Below are positions 51,394 through 64,000 of a stretch of DNA of 64,000 nt, one piece after another. Source of the DNA: Stegostoma tigrinum. Taxonomy: Eukaryota. A program made the translations under genes and the position numbers. Within the stretch, counting starts at the first letter, position 1. Every line of letters starts with the position of its first letter. The stretch is from NCBI RefSeq assembly GCF_030684315.1, contig NC_081357.1:111299558-111363557 (forward strand). The letters run 5' to 3'. Under the pieces are notes generated by a model. The model was not told where the DNA came from and did not search any database. It worked only from the letters and a program-made list of their open reading frames with translations.

Positions 51394-54214
51394 GTATATT
51401 TGATCTGCCCCCTTACCACTTGATTTAGTATTGCATTTCATCTTCAAACAGTGCAGTGAAGCATTCAAAGGTGCACCATAGCAGCCAACTTTTTTAAAAA
51501 AAAAATTGATTATGAAAAGCAGTGTACAAATTCATATAATATGGCAGCCAATTTACACAAGGCAAACTTCCATAAATCAAGAATTGGTAACAATGAGGTG
51601 CTGTTTTTGAGATCGTGTTCTAACAATTACACAAATCCTACAATTACAATGGACGAACGTAGAACACTGAACAATACACCTGAGGAACAGGCCTTTTAGC
51701 CCACTATGTTCATGGTGCTCCTGATGCCATTCTAAGATAATCCCACCTGTCTGCTCATGGTCCATATCCCTCAAAACACCACCTTGTTATCATGTCTGCT
51801 TAAATGTTGCTATTGTCTCTGCTTTGCCACCTACCCTGGCTGCATGCTCCAGGCACCTACCACCTGTTTTTTAAAAAAATAACTTGCTTTCCATATCTCC
51901 TTTCCCTCCTTCACTTTGAGTTGCATGCCTCCGCTGTATTTGACGCTTACACCATAGGAAAAAGACCACAAATGTTGCCACGTAAAGGGACTGACAGTGA
52001 CTCAGCATCATGTCTCATCTAAAAGACCAAAAAGTGAAGATATTGCAGTACTTCAGTCCCACACTAGTGGGTGAACGTTTTCATGCACTAGCCCTAGACT
52101 GGAACATCAACTCTTAAATTTATGATGCAGAAACAAGAGTGGTACCAATTGAACCATGGCTGACACCAAGTCTGTCTGCTGTGATCCCACAACAAAAAGT
52201 ACAAGCACAGCAATGTCAAGAGAATGCTAACACCTTCAAACTTTCACCAAGTAACAAATAACACACCTAACACAGTTGTGCGAGATGAATCAAGGGCTGT
52301 AATAGCTCAAATCAAAGATCTACTGCTACCATCTCATTACTATTGAGAATAGCTACCAATTTAACTCACTTTACTGCTCTATACATCCAACAGAGCATTT
52401 AATGAATAATTCCTGAACATGGATTATTTTTAAAATGTGTTATTTGTTTTTCTCAGAACTGAGTTACCATAAAATCTTTTGGAGATCTATTTTCAACTAT
52501 TTAGCATTTTTAAAGTCAATTTTCCGATTGCTTTTGATTCATCTATTCAAACATATTATGACATGCCTCCTGGAAAGTGAGGATTGTATGTCTGCCCCAT
52601 GGCCCAGAGGTAGAGGAAAATATTTTAATCAGCATGTTCAGGCATGTTATGACACACCTTTGTGGCCAGTGGGATTTGAACAGGACTTTTGGTCCAAAGG
52701 TGGTAGGACAGTATCATTGTGCCACAAGACAGCAAAAGTCTCTTAACACTCTCAGTTTATGCTATATTAAGCCTTGATTTTATTGAGCATTTCAAGCAAT
52801 TTCATAGGTATATTTCCAATTGATTACTCCCGTAGATAGACATGGTATCCAGGGATACTAGAGGATATTGATGCAAGTGCATTCAAAATTGAAGTTTTGA
52901 AAGGCATATGTTTTTGCCTAGACAGACAAACCAGAGGCCAGAAGAGCACAGCAGGACAGGCAGCATCTGGAGGTAAGAAGCAGTCAACGTTTTGGGTTAC
53001 CAGTCCTGAAGAAGGGTAATACCAGAAACGTTGACTGTTCCTTTCCTCCAGTTGCTGCCTGGCCTGCTGTTTGTCTACCTTGCATCCAGCATCTGCAGTT
53101 TTATAAATCTATAAATATGTAATTGCTTGTTTAATTTTTCTTTTGCCTATTTGAGGGGATTACAAGTCCAATTTGCCAGTGGCTTTTATTCTGGCAATCC
53201 ACAACAGGAGGTCAACAACAAATTAATGTTTGCCATTTATTATAGGAGTGTGATGGAATATTCCCCAGTTGCCTGGATGAGTGTGAATCCCACAACACTC
53301 GAAGTTTGGCATGATCCAGGACATGGCAGACCACTTGACTTTTTAAGAAAGTTCATTCATGTGAGGCGAGCCTCTTTGGATGGCTCAACATTTGATGCCT
53401 ATCCCTAATTGCTCAGTGGGCTGTAAAGAGTCAACCACATTGTTGTTGGTCTGGAGTTCCAGTCCAGATGTGGATGGTAGATTTCCTTCCCTAGAGGACA
53501 TTAGTGAACTAAGTGGGCATGTTTGTTAAACAACAATTGACTGTGGTTAGATATTCACCACTGGGCTTTATTCCAGACGTTACTGACTCTTTTTACTGCA
53601 GTGTCTTAAGTTTTTTGGCCTTTTAGATGAAAACATGATGCTGAAACTGTCAGTCACAGGGTGGGAATATCAAATACTAGGGGGCATTGATTTAAGGTGA
53701 GGGGGGTGGAAAGAGATATGCAAGGCAAGTTTGTTTTGTACACAGATGGTGGTAGTTACCTGCCAGGGGAGGTGATAAATCTGAGACAATGGCCAAGTTA
53801 AAGAAGCATTTAGACAGATACATTAGCAGGCAGGGAATACAGGGATATGGATCATGTGCAGACAGATGGGACTAGTTTAGAGTGGTATCTTGAGCAGCAT
53901 GGATGTGGTGGGTTGAAGGGCCTGTTCCCGAGCTGTATTGTTCTGAGTTCTATGTTCATCCATTGTGTTCTAACCAATAGCTGTCCTTCAGTCAGTCTCA
54001 AAAACAGCTCATCTCAATACCAAATTTTGATTTATGGAAGATTGCTTTGTGTAAATTGGTTGCCATATTTTAGATGTTTTATGATTATGAAAGGCACTAT
54101 ACAAATTCAGTTTTTTAAAAAAAATGTTGGAAGACTGCTTTGAAAGCGTCACTGCACTGTTTGGAGAGGGAATGCAATGCTAAATCAAGTGGTAAGAGGT
54201 CAGATCAAATGTAC
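51394..54214. repeat. Diverged inverted duplication; arms ~51394-52049 and ~53594-54214
   Basis: For example 51395 gtatatttgatctgcccccttaccacttgatttag is the reverse complement of 54181-54213 taaatcaagtggtaagaggtcagatcaaatgta. Both arms contain the same nested CR1 tail and DeuSINE-like remnant. Confidence 0.8.
52921..53105. mobile_element. Decayed palindromic PLE pLTR element
   Basis: cagtcaacgttttgggttacc / ctgaagaagggtaataccagaaacgttgactg arms. Confidence 0.75.
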
Positions 54215-55867
54215 AGAGTGTTTTGCTGTTCAAACATCACCAGTATTGGGGTAATTTGTCCTATGCATTCATGTGAGTGAGATTATTCCATCAGGTTCCT
54301 GGCCTGAGGCCTCTGGGAGGTGCTGAATTTGTGGAATCAGGTGGTGAGCAATTCAAGGCAGAGTATCCAGCCTCTTCTTCTGTTCGGATAGCCATGGTGT
54401 TTAATTCTATCCAATCATACTGAAAGTGCCACTTAGAGTGGCACTGTGTTTCCCATTCCTGCAGTTGCTGCTTGTTTTCCCCAAGGATATCATTGGCCCC
54501 CTCCTGTTTCTTATTGACACACTGTCTATTTTTTTGCAAAAGTAATTTTGAAAGGAATGTGAAGATGAGATGCATGTCTGCAGGGCAAAAGTAGGGAAGG
54601 GGGAGCTTTAGCTGTCTAATTGTAATGGGAAAAAGATTTACTGAACAGAACGTTTCTTCCAGAAACCCAAACAACTCTTCCAGTGTGCAAGAGTGCCCTC
54701 AGGTGGCCATCCTCCATAATACATCCACTGCCCCTTACGTCATTACGGATTTTGAAAGTTTATTCTGTGTTTTTAGACACACCGTTACCTGACTCTTGGT
54801 GTAAAGCTGTTGCTTTTATTTTAAAATCAATATCTGACATAATTTTTAGGCCACTGAATCATTTCACTGCCTCGCGATCATTGTTTGTGGTTGTCACCAC
54901 ACATCAGTTTTTTTAAAAAAAATAAGCAAATGAAGCACTGTATTTAATCTCGTGAGATGGGTTGTGGCAGCTGAACCTCATGAGAATAAATCTGGAGTAG
55001 AGTGGCAAAGCTAGTGTTGTGATTGGCGGGAGATCAGTGAGCAGGCAGTTTTGGCAGACGTGCTTGAAGTTGAGGACAGGAATTAATGGCCTTGTGGGAA
55101 TGCTATAATTGAAAAACTCTCCTGTAAGCTTTAAATCCCTGTCTCAAAGTAAACCTACCTGCCTCACAGGTCTTCACTTCTAGTTTTAATCATGAATTAT
55201 TTGATTTTTACAATAATTCACAATCAATGATTCTTAATTCTCATTCAAGCTATTCAGTTGCACCCTTGATCTTCCTGAAGATCTTTTAAATATTTGCAAG
55301 ATTTGTATTTATATTTGAATTTTCAGTTCAGATGGAAATTATACCCGATACTGCAGCAGTTTGTTTTCTATTGATGTTCTTTACCGGTCGAAGTTCTCAC
55401 TTGTGACACTTTGGATGTGAACGAAAGTGAAGCTAAATTTTTAAAATTGGAATTTGTTTTCCACATTTCACTCACTAATAAGATAATGTTTTTGGACTAT
55501 TTTCCACAGTCATGGAATGCTGAAAGGACAGAAGGAAGACATTCAGATCCTTGTGTCTGCACAGGGTACTTGCCAGAACAACTCCCTTCCTCTTTCCCAA
55601 AGCCCTGCAAATACATCCTTTTCAGGTGCTTCCCTAATTTAGTTTTGCAAGCAACCATTGATTCTTCACCTGTCACACTCAATCAGTTCTCTTCCAACAA
55701 TAGGAACAGTTTTTACTTACTCTGCCTAGACCTAAACGCTGTAGTACTTTTAAATACTTCTTTCAAGTCTCCTTTCAACCATCTCATAAAGAGAACAGTC
55801 CCAACCATTCTAGTCTTTTCAGGTAACGGAAGTTTCTGATCTATGGACCATTCTCGTATACCATTTA

Positions 55868-56390
55868 TAGAGTCATAGAATTACACAGCATGTAAACAAA
55901 CCTGTCAGTCCAACCTGTCCATGCCCATCAGGTTCCCAATCTGCCCACCTGCCTGCACTTAGCCCACATCGCTACTATTCAGGAGCTTATCCAAATGTCT
56001 TTTAAAAGTTGTAACTGTATCTGGCTCCACTACTTTCACTCACAGTTCATTCCACACACGAATCGCTCTCTGTGTAAAAATGTTGCCTTTCATATCCTTT
56101 TTAAATCTTTCTCCTCTCACTTTAAAAATATGCCCCCTAGTTTTGAACTCCCCCACACTAGGAAAAAGACGTCTTATGTCTGATCCTCATGATTTTATAA
56201 AATTCTATAAGGCCGTATCTCAACCCCCTAAACTCCAGTGAAAAATGTCCCAGCCTTTCCCATCTATTTTTATATCTCAAACCCTCCATTCCTGGCTATA
56301 TCTTTTCTGACCCCTCTCCAGTTTGATAACGTCCTTCCTATAATAGGAAGACCAGACTGCAAATAATACTCCAGAAGAGGACTCATCCCA
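55868..56390 (-). mobile_element. CR1 3' fragment
   Basis: agagtcatagaattacacagc tail followed by the reverse complement of the ORF2 C-terminus. Confidence 0.75.
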
Positions 56391-56984
56391 GAAGACTTTG
56401 CATTGGTTGTAAAATGCACTGCTAGAATTGGATGCAATGATCCAGTTGAGGCAGGAACCGTATCTTATAAAGATTCATCATAATTGCATCTGTAATAAAA
56501 AGTTTAGGACAAATTTGCTTTTCAACCTGCTGCGTCATCCTCAAAGGTTATAAAAATATGCCCTCACTTCCTTTCTAACTGCTTTTTCTTTAAATTTTAC
56601 GCTGTCTCTCTTCATTCCTCCATCCAAATGTATAATATTACACTTTAATTTTCATTAACCCCCTACCCCGCAAACCACATCCTCCCATCTGTTCTCTTAA
56701 AATCTGTTATTCTGCTCCTCACATTTCACGGTATTTCCAAGGTCGCTATCATCTCTACCTTTTGAAATGATGCCCTGTAAAAGGTAAAATGTTACCAGAC
56801 CATATGGCTGCTCTCATTAATAAAAGATGGCTGGCGGTGGTTTAGCCTGAAGGTCACCATGCCTCAGGCAAGGGGAGAGGTTGAGGAGGAGAGTCCTTTA
56901 TGGTAAGCTCAGCTGGTTATACTGTGCACCCTAATCTAGGACATTAAGATCTAGAATTGCAATGGTCCCAGTTTTTCTAAAAAA

Positions 56985-57575
56985 ATATTCATGAGTGAGG
57001 GTGCCATTGGCTAGGCCAGCATTTATTACCAAATCCTAATTTCCCAAAGGGTAGTTAAGAATCAACTGCATTGCTGTGGGTCTGGAGTCACATGTAGGTC
57101 AGACCTAGTGAGGATGGCAGTTTCTTTTCCTAAAAGACGTTAGTGAACCAGATGAGCTTCTCTGACAATCAACAGTGGATTCATGGTCATCGTTAGACTC
57201 TTAATTGCAGATTTTTATTGAATTCAAATTCCACCATCTGCTGGTAGAGATAGTAAGAACTGTTGATGCTGGAGTCAGAGATAACACAGTGTGGAGCTGG
57301 AGGAGCACAGCAGGCCAGGCTGCAATAGAGGAGCAGAAAAGCTGACGTTTCGGGTTGCGACCCTTCTTCAGAAACGGCCATTTCTGAAGAACGGTCCCGA
57401 CCCGAAATGTCAGCTTTCCTGGTCCTCTAATGCTGCGTAGCCTGCTGTGTCCTCCAGCTCCACACTGTGTTTCCACCATCTGCTGTGGTGGGATTTGAAA
57501 ACCGGTTGCCAGAACATTACCTGGGTCTCTAGGTTAACAGTCCAGTGAAAATACCACTAAGCAATTGCCTGCCCT
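56985..57575 (-). mobile_element. tRNA-headed SINE (second family) split by a PLE palindrome
   Basis: SINE sequence is continuous across the insertion once the TSD is removed. Confidence 0.78.
57244..57470. mobile_element. Palindromic PLE pLTR element with opposed hammerhead cores
   Basis: 15-bp TSD TTCCACCATCTGCTG at 57229-57243 and 57471-57485. Minus core CTGAAGAagggtcgcaacccGAAACGTC; plus core CTGAAGAacggtcccgacccGAAATGTC. Confidence 0.88.
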
Positions 57576-58984
57576 CCTGGAGAAATATTGACTCCCAAGA
57601 GGATTTCACTGTACAGCTTTCACAGTCCTATTTACTAATTACATGCCTATGGAAGAATTTTGGATACTCTTTTGTCAGCGGCCAGCCTCTTCTCATATTT
57701 CTCTCCTTCCTCTGATTTCCTTTCTCATTTCCCCTCTGAATTTTCTCAATCTGGTTCTGACTTGTACTATCAAGCTTACATCTGCCATGTGCACTCTATT
57801 TACTGCTTCAACTCATTCACTTTTTCATTATCCAGCGAGCTCTGGTCCTCACTTTCCCCTTGTGAAAATGTAACTAGACTGCAACCAAATAATCTTCTTA
57901 AATGCAGCCCATTGTTGATTGTCATTTTTGCCTGCCATATTTTGATTACAATTTGACGGGATCGGAAATGTTCTCACTCCACTAAGATTGCTTGTCCTGC
58001 TAAATATTTTTACCCTTGTCATTTTTCATAGTTGATCTAAAACTTCTGAGTATTCATTGCTGCATCTGAAATATTCACCTATTAATATCTGACCCACTTG
58101 ACTCAACTCATTGGCCACGACCAGATCCAGACTTGCCTCCTTCCTTGTTGGGCCAGAAATTTGGTGATGAAGAAAATTCCCCTGAACACATTTTGCAGTA
58201 TGATACCTTTTTTCTGCCCTTACACAATTACATCTCAGATCACATAGGATGATAAAAATCTTCCATTATTACTGCTGCATCCTATGGTTTTCCTCTTTGT
58301 CTTTCCCATTAATTGCTACAGTAAGGATAATGTTACACCTATTGTTTCTTTAAATTTAAAACAAGCAGATTCTCTCTTTGACTACCAGCACTTGTTTCTC
58401 TAATTATGATAAACTTCAGGCCTCTCTGCCTTTCTAACCAACATCTCAACCCTTCCCTGTCTTCATCTGAGCTTATGCAAGTGTGCCTTCCCGACTTTCT
58501 GCTCCTGTTCTTTCTTTCAAATTTTACTCCTTATATTCCTCACTTCTCCAATTAAATGTTTCATTTCACACTTATTTGCTTTAAATTGCCTCGGCCATGT
58601 GTTCCCTCTCCATTCCACCAATCTTGTTCTCTTGAAGTCCATCGCTTTCCTCATAGTTCATAGTTCTTCCACTGTTCTTCTCAATCAGTGTTGTTGCTGC
58701 TCCTCCTTTCCTATTTTTTTCTGAATACCATTTATCCAGGAAGATTTAGCAATGTGTCTTATCCTTTTGTTTTTTAGATCCAGCATTCCATTATCTCAAC
58801 ACCATTATAGTTCCACATGGCTCTTTGCAAGTGCAGCACACCAACCCTGTTTACCATTCTTTGTATGTTCATGTACAAGAACTGCAAACATTCCCTCTTA
58901 CTTTGATACTATTGTCTGATTCTCCAAAATATTGGGGGCCTTGTTAATCCTTAATACCACATCTTAGTTTTGGTATAGGTAATC

Positions 58985-59302
58985 ATAGAATCTCCACAAT
59001 GTGGAAACAGGCCATTTGAGTTCACACCAACCCTCCAAAGAGCATTCCACCCAGACCTACCTCTTACCCCATCCCCCAAATTTCCCATAACTAATCCACT
59101 TACCCTACACACTATGGGCACTTCAGCATGGCCAATCCATCTAAACTGCACATCCTTGGACTGTGGGAGGATACCAGAGAAAACCCATGCAGACACAGGG
59201 AGAATGTGCAAACTCCACAGAGACAGCCATCTGAAGGTGGAATTGAACCTGGGTCCCTGGTGCTGTGAGGCAGCAGTCTTAGCCACTGAGCCTCCATGCC
59301 AC
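58985..59302 (-). mobile_element. HE1-type V-SINE
   Basis: Reverse complement of the same family as 9989 and 38363. Confidence 0.85.
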
Positions 59303-60094
59303 ACTTAATGAGGCTGCTGTCAATGAGGTTGAGTTATATTGCACAAACGATTGACACTGGACTACAATTTACTTTCCTCTTTTTCTTTGCGTTTATTTGT
59401 GAATGTCTTAAAATAAATTCACTTTTAAAATAAACTGCATTTTGTTTTTCAATTTCACTCTCTGCCCTTCCTACTGAATGACATTGACAGTCTTCCGAAA
59501 GGTCACAAATTGTGTTCCTTCACAAATGAGCTCAAAATGAGAACAGTGGCAGGCTATTCAATCATACAGACAACAGAAGCAAGTGTGGTCATGTCTCGGT
59601 GTCATTTTTCCTTTTGTTATAGCGGTGACTGTACAAGACTATTGGCTATGAAAGACCGTGGGAGATCCTGAAGCCATCATGCATGATATAAAAAATGCAT
59701 TGGTTCATGCCTCAAATCTACTTTGTATTATTTATGAGAACATGAACTGAAGCAGGGTTAGGCTTTCTGTGCGTTGTCCTCACTTTCCTGCTCTGTCATT
59801 TTATGCCTCTGATCCCTTATTGTGAAAAAAATCAAAATGATTTCAGACTTGAATACGCTCTGTGACTGAGAACTTTGAGGTCGAGATTTCCAAAGATTCA
59901 AAGCAATGGGATGGTGGCAGGACAGGACCAGTTCCCGATTTACTCAGTGCCTGCCTCAAGGTGCTGAAAGGTGTTGAGGAGTCAAGCTCTGTCGCAACCA
60001 ATAAACAGTATTGGAAAAATTGGGGAAATAAATAGTGACATCTTTAAAAATGTTCGTAATACGGACGAGGAGGTGTTGAATGACTGAAAACATA

Positions 60095-61877
60095 ATGTTG
60101 GATAAATCACCAGGACCTGATCAGGTGTACCCGAGAACTCTATGGGAAGCTAGGGAAGTGATGGTTGGGCCCCTTTCAATATTTGAATCTCAATATTTGT
60201 ATCATCGATAGCCGCAGGTGAGGCGCTGGAAGACTGGAGGTTGGCTCGTGTAGTGCTATTATATAAGAAATGTAGAACTATAGACCTGTCAGCCTGACAT
60301 TGGTGGTAGGCAAGTTGTTGGAGGGAATCCTGAGGGACAGGATTTACACATATTTGGAAAGGCAAGGACTGATTAGGGATAGTCAACATGGCTTTGTGTG
60401 TGCAAAATTGTGTCACACCAACTTAATTGAGCTTTTGAAGAAGTAGTGAAGTGGATTATGAGGATAGAGCGATGGTCATGATCTATATGCATATCTGTAA
60501 AATGCTAGACTGGTTAGTGAGGTTAGATCACATGGAATACAGGGAAAACTAGCCATCTGGATATAGAATTGGCCGGAAAGTAGAAGACAGAGCGTGATGG
60601 TGGAGAGTTGCTTTTCAGGCTTGAGGCCTGTGGCCAGCAGTGTGGTGTTGGATCCACTGCTTTTTGTCATTTATACAAATGATTTGGATGTGATCATTGG
60701 AAGTATGGTGATTAAGTTTGCACATGACCGCAAAATTGGAGGTGTAGTGGACTTCGAAGAAGGTTATGTCAGAGTACAATGGGATCTTGATCAGATGGGC
60801 CAATGGATTGAGTGGTGGCAGATGGAATTTAATTTAAATAAATGTGGGGTGCTGCATTTTGGGAAGGTGAATCAGCATAGGCTTATACACTTAATGGTAA
60901 GGTCCTGGGGAGTGTTGCTCAACAAAGAGAGCTTGGAGTGCATGTTCATTGTTCCTTGAAAGTGGAGTCACAGGTAGATAGGATAGTGAAGAAGGCGTTT
61001 GGTAGGCTAGCCCTTACTGGTCAATGCATTGAGTAACAAAGATAGGAGATCATGTTGTGGCTGTATAGGACATTGAGTAGAGAGAGTAGGAACTGCAGAT
61101 GCTGGAGAAACTGAGATAACAAGGTGTAGAGCTGGATGAACACAGCTGGCCAGGCAGCATCAGAGGAGCAGGAAGGCTGATGTTTCGGGCCTTGACCCTT
61201 CTTCTGGTATAATTACAATATTTAAAAGGCATCTGGATGGGTACATGAATTGGAAAGTTTTGGAGGGATCTGGGCCAAATACTGGCACATGGGAGTAGAT
61301 TGATTTTGGGCATTGTGTCAGCATTGGTTAGGCCACTTTTGGAATTCTGGTCACCGTGCTATAGGAAGATGTTGTGAAACTTGAAAGAGTTCAGAAAAGA
61401 TTTACAAGGATGTTGCCAGGGTTGGAGGATTTGAGCTATAGGGAGAGGCTGAATAGAATGGGGCTATTTTCCCTGGAGTGTCGGAGGCTGTGGAGTGAGC
61501 TTATTGAGGTTCATAAAATCATGAGGGGCATGGGTAGGGTGAATAGACAAAGTCTTTTCCCTGGGGTGGGGGAGTCCAAAACTAGAGGGCATGGGTTTAA
61601 TGTGAGACGGGAAAGATTTAAAAGGGACCTAAGGGGCAATGTTTTCAAGCAGAAGTTGGTGCATGTATGGAATGAGCTGCCAGTGGAAGTGGCGGCTGGT
61701 ACAATTACAACATTTAAAAGGCGTTTGGATGGGTACATGAATAGGAAAGTTTTGGAGGGCTATGGGCCAAATGCTGGCACATGGGATTAGGCTGATTTAG
61801 GGCATCTTGTCAGCATGGCCAAGTTGGACTGAAGGGTTTGTTTCTGTGCTGTACATTTCTATTGCTCTACGACTCTC
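60095..61877 (+). mobile_element. Decayed CR1 LINE (RT to tail) with nested PLE pLTR (61081-61205)
   Basis: DKSPGPDQVYPR, PLLFVIYTNDLD, KFAHDRKIGG and LERVQKRFTRMLPGLEDLSYRERL fragments. Confidence 0.88.
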
Positions 61878-64000
61878 AAAAGGAAATTACTCCCTCCACC
61901 TTTGGCCAGGCAGTTGTAAAGGTTAAATGGGCATTAATTCATTCTCAAATGATGACCTTAAGAACCGGCAGATAATGTGCCCAGTTTCAATATTTCCGTC
62001 TCTTTGCTTTATTGATCAATTTTGCTGTGCTTCTGACATGAGCAGTTGACCTTAAACTCTTAAAATATCTCTTGCTGCACACATAAAACTACAGAGTTCA
62101 GTGATATTATGAAATGAGTTATCATTACATTTGGAAATATTATACTGGATGAGGTCCAGCAACAACATGCATTTATAAGGGAATCTTAACATTCCAAGAC
62201 AATAAGCATAGAAAAGTGAAGTCTGAAAGGTTTGCCAGAAAATATCCTGAAATCTTCTCATGCCTGGTCACAGAGCCAATTAGTAGCGCTGCTTGCAGTG
62301 TCTGTCAACAAACCTTCATGCAGAGATGTGTGGAACATGTACTCAGGCATAGCAGGTTTCTGTTTCTATAGCAACTGTGCATTGATTACGAGGACAATTT
62401 GTAATGGCACTCAGTCACTTCTTCCATCTTAGAAAGTCATTCTTTGCTTTCGTCTGTGTCAGTGAATTATTTGGCTAATGACTTATAATCTCACATAAAG
62501 AAAAACCTACCTTTATTTTCATGTATCTTAATCAAGGCAAAACCGTGCTCTATAATGGAAGCAGCCATTTTAACCGTAATTTTCCTGCGATTTTACAAAA
62601 TTGTTCAGTTAGGTATTTGTCATGTTACTGAACTGGTCTCCCTACTAAATACTCTAATTTTTCACACGTATTCAAAAATAAAATGCAGAACAAGCAAGAT
62701 GATGCCAGGCATTCTGGGAAAGAAAGATGTCTGACTGCTTTCTTTAAAAGAAATCTTTCCATGGGTTTTTCTTAAAAAAAAATTCTTTTTCCACCTTCTC
62801 ATATCCTCTGCTAATGACTCCTGCTGGGTCATGTATCACAGATGTCTTTCCCTAGTCCTTATCCGTGGGTAGACTGCGTATCAGTAAAGGCCATAAGACT
62901 CTAAAGGACATCACAGCTTGATCAGCACATTAGTTTTCAGCAGATGATCTCTGGGTGGTGATCAGAAGCAGAAACAGCCAATTATTTTTCCTTACTGTAG
63001 ACAGGGCTGCCAAAATCAATTTTAGTGCTTCAGTTGTGAGAATTCAGCGCGGATTTGGAAACAAACTAAGAACCCTTTTGTCTCAATGGTGCAGTTTCAG
63101 AACTGAGTAATGATTTAAACTATCAGTCAAGCAGGAGGGTTAATTTTTTTTAAAAATCCTGGAATGTATTCTCTTAAATGTAGAAAATTGCAGTCATTTC
63201 TATAACATTAATTAGGCTCAGTTTTAAATTTATACCTTTTACCTTGATATCATCGAATTTTATGCCCCCTATTATCGAGCACCCTATGTTTTTTGTTTCC
63301 ACTGGGATATTGCATTAATTCTTAAATATCTCAAAAAAAAGAATGATTTAGGTGGTTCTGTTGGACTTGACAAGCTGAAAATAGTACACACCATTTCAAA
63401 ACATTCAAGCCCCCTTGTTGATCCTATAAGTTTTATATTCTGTGCATACGAGGATAAAAACAAGTTACCTTCAGGAACATCTTTGCAATAAATGAAACTT
63501 GACCAAGATGTGGCAGTACTGAAAATGTTACCATGGGAAAATAAAACATAAACATATGATGTTTAGGAAAATAGTGGTTCAATCCAGATAATGTAACTAT
63601 AACTTTGCACTGTGAAAAGCCAAGAAACTGTCAGTGAAATCTTTGGTAATTTGCCTGACAGAAAAGCAAATAAGTTTGAACATTCTGCCACAGGGAAAAT
63701 CACCAAGAGTTTCCTCCTATTCAGATTGCAAAAACATTTTCACGTGCTGTGGAAAGAGTTTGATATTGAAGCTGAAATGTGTCATTTTGCTGTTTTGCCC
63801 TATTTTTAAAAAAAAGCCAAAAAGGACGATTTTTTTTTCTTGGTGCTACCCAGTCTTGTATTTTCCCATAGACTCCTTTCACAGCTGCAAGCGTCCCAGC
63901 TGACATTTGTCAAACAGGATGTTTTTTTTATGGGTTATGCTTACAATTTTACTCTTTGATTTGCTGAGCTGGTTCCTTGGGCAGGCTATATTAACGAGTC

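Noticed and set aside
48600-64000. Expected syntenic neighbour COLEC11 (and ADI1 at the left end of the window)
   Set aside because: No exon with collectin signal peptide, Gly-X-Y or ADI1 motifs was recognisable; a non-coding first exon cannot be excluded.

Overview
AT-rich, repeat-dense vertebrate genomic DNA. The HE1/V-SINE-type SINEs, CR1 LINEs and Penelope pLTRs point to a cartilaginous fish, probably a carpet shark (inference). Two complete intron-containing genes lie head-to-head: RNASEH1 (minus strand, 8 coding exons, 27728->8055, 275 aa, all catalytic residues present) and RPS7 (plus strand, TOP-type non-coding exon 1 plus 6 coding exons, 36246-48527, 194 aa). I assembled both by hand from splice sites and reading frame. 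Most of the rest is retroelement debris. The most notable signal is a dense family of Penelope-like-element (PLE) terminal repeats carrying minimal hammerhead-ribozyme cores (CTGANGA-stem II-GAAACGTC). Many are short fold-back palindromes flanked by 12-16 bp target-site duplications (TSDs). A 1.65-kb PLE with a 15-bp TSD sits about 200 bp upstream of the RNASEH1 start codon, and a near-perfect 89-bp hairpin copy lies 50 nt inside intron 1. Other observations: an old inverted duplication with an internal micro-inversion (51.4-54.2 kb), a 57-bp minisatellite and a perfect RFX X-box in the RPS7 CpG island, and no recognisable U17 snoRNA in the RPS7 introns. Repeat boundaries are approximate unless a TSD is quoted. 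No database searches were run.
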